From the NCBI GenBank assembly GCA_050329585.1, contig JBHJOR010000032.1, positions 1,228 through 65,227 on the forward strand: DNA of 64,000 nucleotides. The letters run 5' to 3'. Shown here piece after piece: positions 61,727-64,000 of this stretch (position 1 is the stretch's first letter; every line of letters begins with the position of its first letter). This DNA is from Candidatus Methylacidiphilales bacterium (GTDB taxonomy: Bacteria; Verrucomicrobiota; Verrucomicrobiia; Methylacidiphilales; JBCBYL01). Below the pieces are notes generated by a model. It made no database searches. It was not told the origin of the DNA and saw only the letters and a program-made list of their open reading frames with translations. Position numbers and translations under genes: made by a program.

Positions 61727-63294
61727 TACTCGAAAAAATCAAAAGCCTCTTCTCAAGCGAGAAGAAAGACCTCAAAGAACTCATTATTAACGTCGATCCG
61801 CTCGAAACGCGCGTCGCCGTGCTGGAAAATAAAATCCTCGAGGAATTTTCCATCGAACGGCCCAGCGACCGCAGCATCTCTGGCAACATTTACAAAGGCC
61901 GTATTCACAACGACGAGCCCGCCCTCAAAGCCCTCTTTGTCGACATCGGCGTAGATAAAAACGCCTTCCTTCACTATTGGGATGCCATGCCCGCCGCACT
62001 CGACGCCGGCATCGAACAAATCGAACGAGGCGGCAAATCCGCCGCCTCAGGAAAACGCATCACCCACAAAGACATTCCCAAACTCTATCCCCGCGGCTCC
62101 GACATCATTGTTCAAGTCACCAAAGGCCCCATCGGCACCAAAGGCGCGCGTATCACCACCAACATCTCCATGCCCGGCCGCTATCTGGTTCTGATGCCCT
62201 ACTGCGACCAATTCGGCATTTCACGTAAAATTGAAGAGACCAAAGAACGCCAACGCCTGCGCGACATCCTCCGTGAACTCGATGTGCCCGAAGGCATGGG
62301 CGTCATCCTGCGCACCGCCGGTGCCGGGAAAAAGGCTCGCTACTTCGTGCGCGACCTCGCCATCCTTCTGGATCGCTGGCGCAAGATTGATTCTGCCATC
62401 CAGAGCGGCCCTGCCCCCTGCCTCCTGCTTGAAGAACCTAACCTCGTTGAACGCACCGTGCGGGACTTCCTAACCGAAGACATCGGGCAAGTCGCCGTGG
62501 ACGATGAAGCCACCGCCCTCGCCATTAAGGAGCAAGTCCGTAGCATCTCCAAACGCGCCGAGAAAAAAATACACTGGTATCAAGATCCCGTCCCCATCTT
62601 CGATAAATTCCAGATCAATAAACAAATCGACTCGGCCTTCCGTCGCATGGTCTGGCTCAAATCAGGTGCCTACCTCGTCATCGATGAAACCGAAGCCCTC
62701 GTCGCCATCGACATCAACACCGGTCGCAACAAAGGCGGTGGCGATACCGATAACACCATCCTCAACACTAACTTGGAGGCCGCAGAAGAAATCTCCCGCC
62801 AACTCCGATTGCGCAACATCGGTGGCCTGATCATCGTCGATTTCATCGATATGAAGCATAAGCGCGACCAACACGCGGTGGTCAAACACTTCAAAGACCA
62901 CCTCAAGCGCGATAAAGCCAAAACACACGTTCTCCCCATCTCTCCCCTTGGCATCATGGAAATGACCCGCCAACGGGTTCAGGAAAGCATCAGCCGCTCC
63001 ATCTACACCGAGTGCCCCGCCTGTCGCGGTAAGGGAATCGTCAAATCCCCCGAAACCATGAGCGCAGAACTCCAGCGTGAAATCCAGCGGATCCTCGCCA
63101 AACACACCGAAGTCCACGAAATCACCGTGTTTATCAACCCGGCACTTATGGAGCGTCTCAAAACCCAAGACGAAGAGCTACTGGTCAACCTGGAGCGCCG
63201 TTTCGCCGCCCGGTTCACCTTTAAGACCGATCACCATTATCACATCGAGGAATTCAAAATCATCAACACTCAGAGCAGCCAGGAACTGCAATAA
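61723..63294 (+). CDS. rng: Ribonuclease G/E family endoribonuclease
   Basis: S1 domain (GNIYKGRIHNDEPALKALFVDIG), DNase-I-like core (LVAIDINTG, GGLIIVDFIDM), Zn-link CPACRGKG. The ATG at 61723 overlaps the rodA stop (ATGA). Confidence 0.9.
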   Translation: MILEKIKSLFSSEKKDLKELIINVDPLETRVAVLENKILEEFSIERPSDRSISGNIYKGRIHNDEPALKALFVDIGVDKNAFLHYWDAMPAALDAGIEQIERGGKSAASGKRITHKDIPKLYPRGSDIIVQVTKGPIGTKGARITTNISMPGRYLVLMPYCDQFGISRKIEETKERQRLRDILRELDVPEGMGVILRTAGAGKKARYFVRDLAILLDRWRKIDSAIQSGPAPCLLLEEPNLVERTVRDFLTEDIGQVAVDDEATALAIKEQVRSISKRAEKKIHWYQDPVPIFDKFQINKQIDSAFRRMVWLKSGAYLVIDETEALVAIDINTGRNKGGGDTDNTILNTNLEAAEEISRQLRLRNIGGLIIVDFIDMKHKRDQHAVVKHFKDHLKRDKAKTHVLPISPLGIMEMTRQRVQESISRSIYTECPACRGKGIVKSPETMSAELQREIQRILAKHTEVHEITVFINPALMERLKTQDEELLVNLERRFAARFTFKTDHHYHIEEFKIINTQSSQELQ

Positions 63295-63428
63295 TGAAGC
63301 TCCGGCTGCGTCTCATTTGAACATTCGATTTGAGGGGACTTGTTTACCACCTTCTTTTCATTCTTTGTTATTGAGTGAGGCGGCCAAAAGAGTATGATTT
63401 CGACTCTCGCAAACAAGCGAGTCTTTGA

Positions 63429-63505
63429 CGGGCTGTGGCGCAGCTTGGTAGCGCGCTTGCATGGGGTGCAAGAGGTCCCGAGTTCAAATCTCGGCAGCCC
63501 GACCA
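63429..63505 (+). tRNA. tRNA-Pro (GGG anticodon), CCA encoded
   Basis: Manual cloverleaf: CGGGCTG TG GCGC AGCTTGGTA GCGC G CTTGC ATGGGGT GCAAG AGGTC CCGAG TTCAAAT CTCGG CAGCCCG A CCA. Confidence 0.92.
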
Positions 63506-63720
63506 TCCGCACCCGCTGTGCCAGTCCCTCTGTGGCGGGATCACGGCGGCTGCTTCCCTCTATGCTCCGCTCCACGCGATGCAACGTTGTTCCGCTTTGC
63601 CATTCCCCTCCCGATCCCGCGCGCTGTTTTCTCAATGCTTGGCATGGGGCTCCAAATTTTGGCCTTTGAAGCTATTTTTCGATTCGCCCGGAGCTATCCC
63701 TCTGATAGTCTAAGACTTTT

Positions 63721-63840
63721 ATGGCGGACTCCTCAGATATTAAAATCACGATTCACACCATTCTGAGGCAATTCGGCGATGAAGCCCGTTCCAACAGCGG
63801 TCTTGGAGATCACTTTGAAGAGATGAAATCATGCAGATGA
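63721..63840 (+). pseudogene. 39-codon stub resembling the N-terminus of restriction-associated nuclease-helicase proteins
   Basis: MADSSDIKITIHTILRQFGDEARSNSGLGDHFEEMKSCR*. The F-x-x-E-A-x-S-x-x-x-x-G-x-x-FE-x-hydrophobic pattern recalls ...SERDKGxxFERL... N-termini. From memory only. Confidence 0.3.
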
Positions 63841-63947
63841 GCGATCTTCCGGAACAGAAGGGAAAGCATTCTGACCTGACCAAGGATCAGTTGATTGCCC
63901 TGCTTCGGCAACGGGATGAAACCCGTCTTGGACTGGTGTGGGAGTGA
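63831..63947 (+). pseudogene. 38-codon stub resembling the N-terminus of type III-like DNA adenine methyltransferases
   Basis: MQMSDLPEQKGKHSDLTKDQLIALLRQRDETRLGLVWE*. L-x-x-x-x-L-I-x-L-L...LGLVWE is a motif I associate with Mod-type methylase N-termini; the frame stops right after it. Confidence 0.35.
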
Positions 63948-64000
63948 GGTGGCGCGGTTGGCGGAGCCAACCGGGCGATAGATCAAGTTAGCTTGGGAAG

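Overview
Densely coding chromosomal window on both strands: about 60 CDS, 3 tRNAs, and no rRNA, CRISPR array or intact mobile element that I could see. Most of it is core housekeeping. This includes a complete F1Fo ATP synthase operon (atpBEFHAGDC, minus strand, 400-6989), hisF-trpE-trpG, thyA-folA-glf, ribF, truB, nrdAB with NrdR-box-like palindromes, bamA-skp-lpxD, trmFO, aroD and mreBCD-mrdA-rodA-rng. The gene content suggests a PVC-superphylum bacterium, probably Verrucomicrobiota. That guess rests on a Chlamydia-like YtgC-YtgR permease-repressor fusion, a bacterial SET-domain protein and weak or absent Shine-Dalgarno sequences; it is inference only, since no search was run. Four regions deserve a second look. 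(1) 35.4-40.4 kb: an MglA-type Ras-like GTPase flanked by two different Roadblock/LC7 proteins, one a 635-aa largely disordered scaffold, with a divergent DUF4388(PATAN-like)-FHA gene. (2) 19.6-26.5 kb: an output-less CHASE2 sensor directly upstream of a translationally coupled predicted amidoligase/peptide-modification operon (circularly permuted ATP-grasp fused to alpha-E, transglutaminase-like protease, DUF2126). (3) 14.0-18.9 kb: a metal ABC importer whose first permease carries a complete DtxR-like repressor, next to a separate divergent MntR/DtxR gene. (4) 63.4-64.0 kb: tRNA-Pro followed by two ~38-aa N-terminal stubs resembling restriction-modification proteins, possibly the edge of a decayed island. 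All domain calls come from reading the translated ORFs from memory of family motifs. No HMM, BLAST or folding was run.
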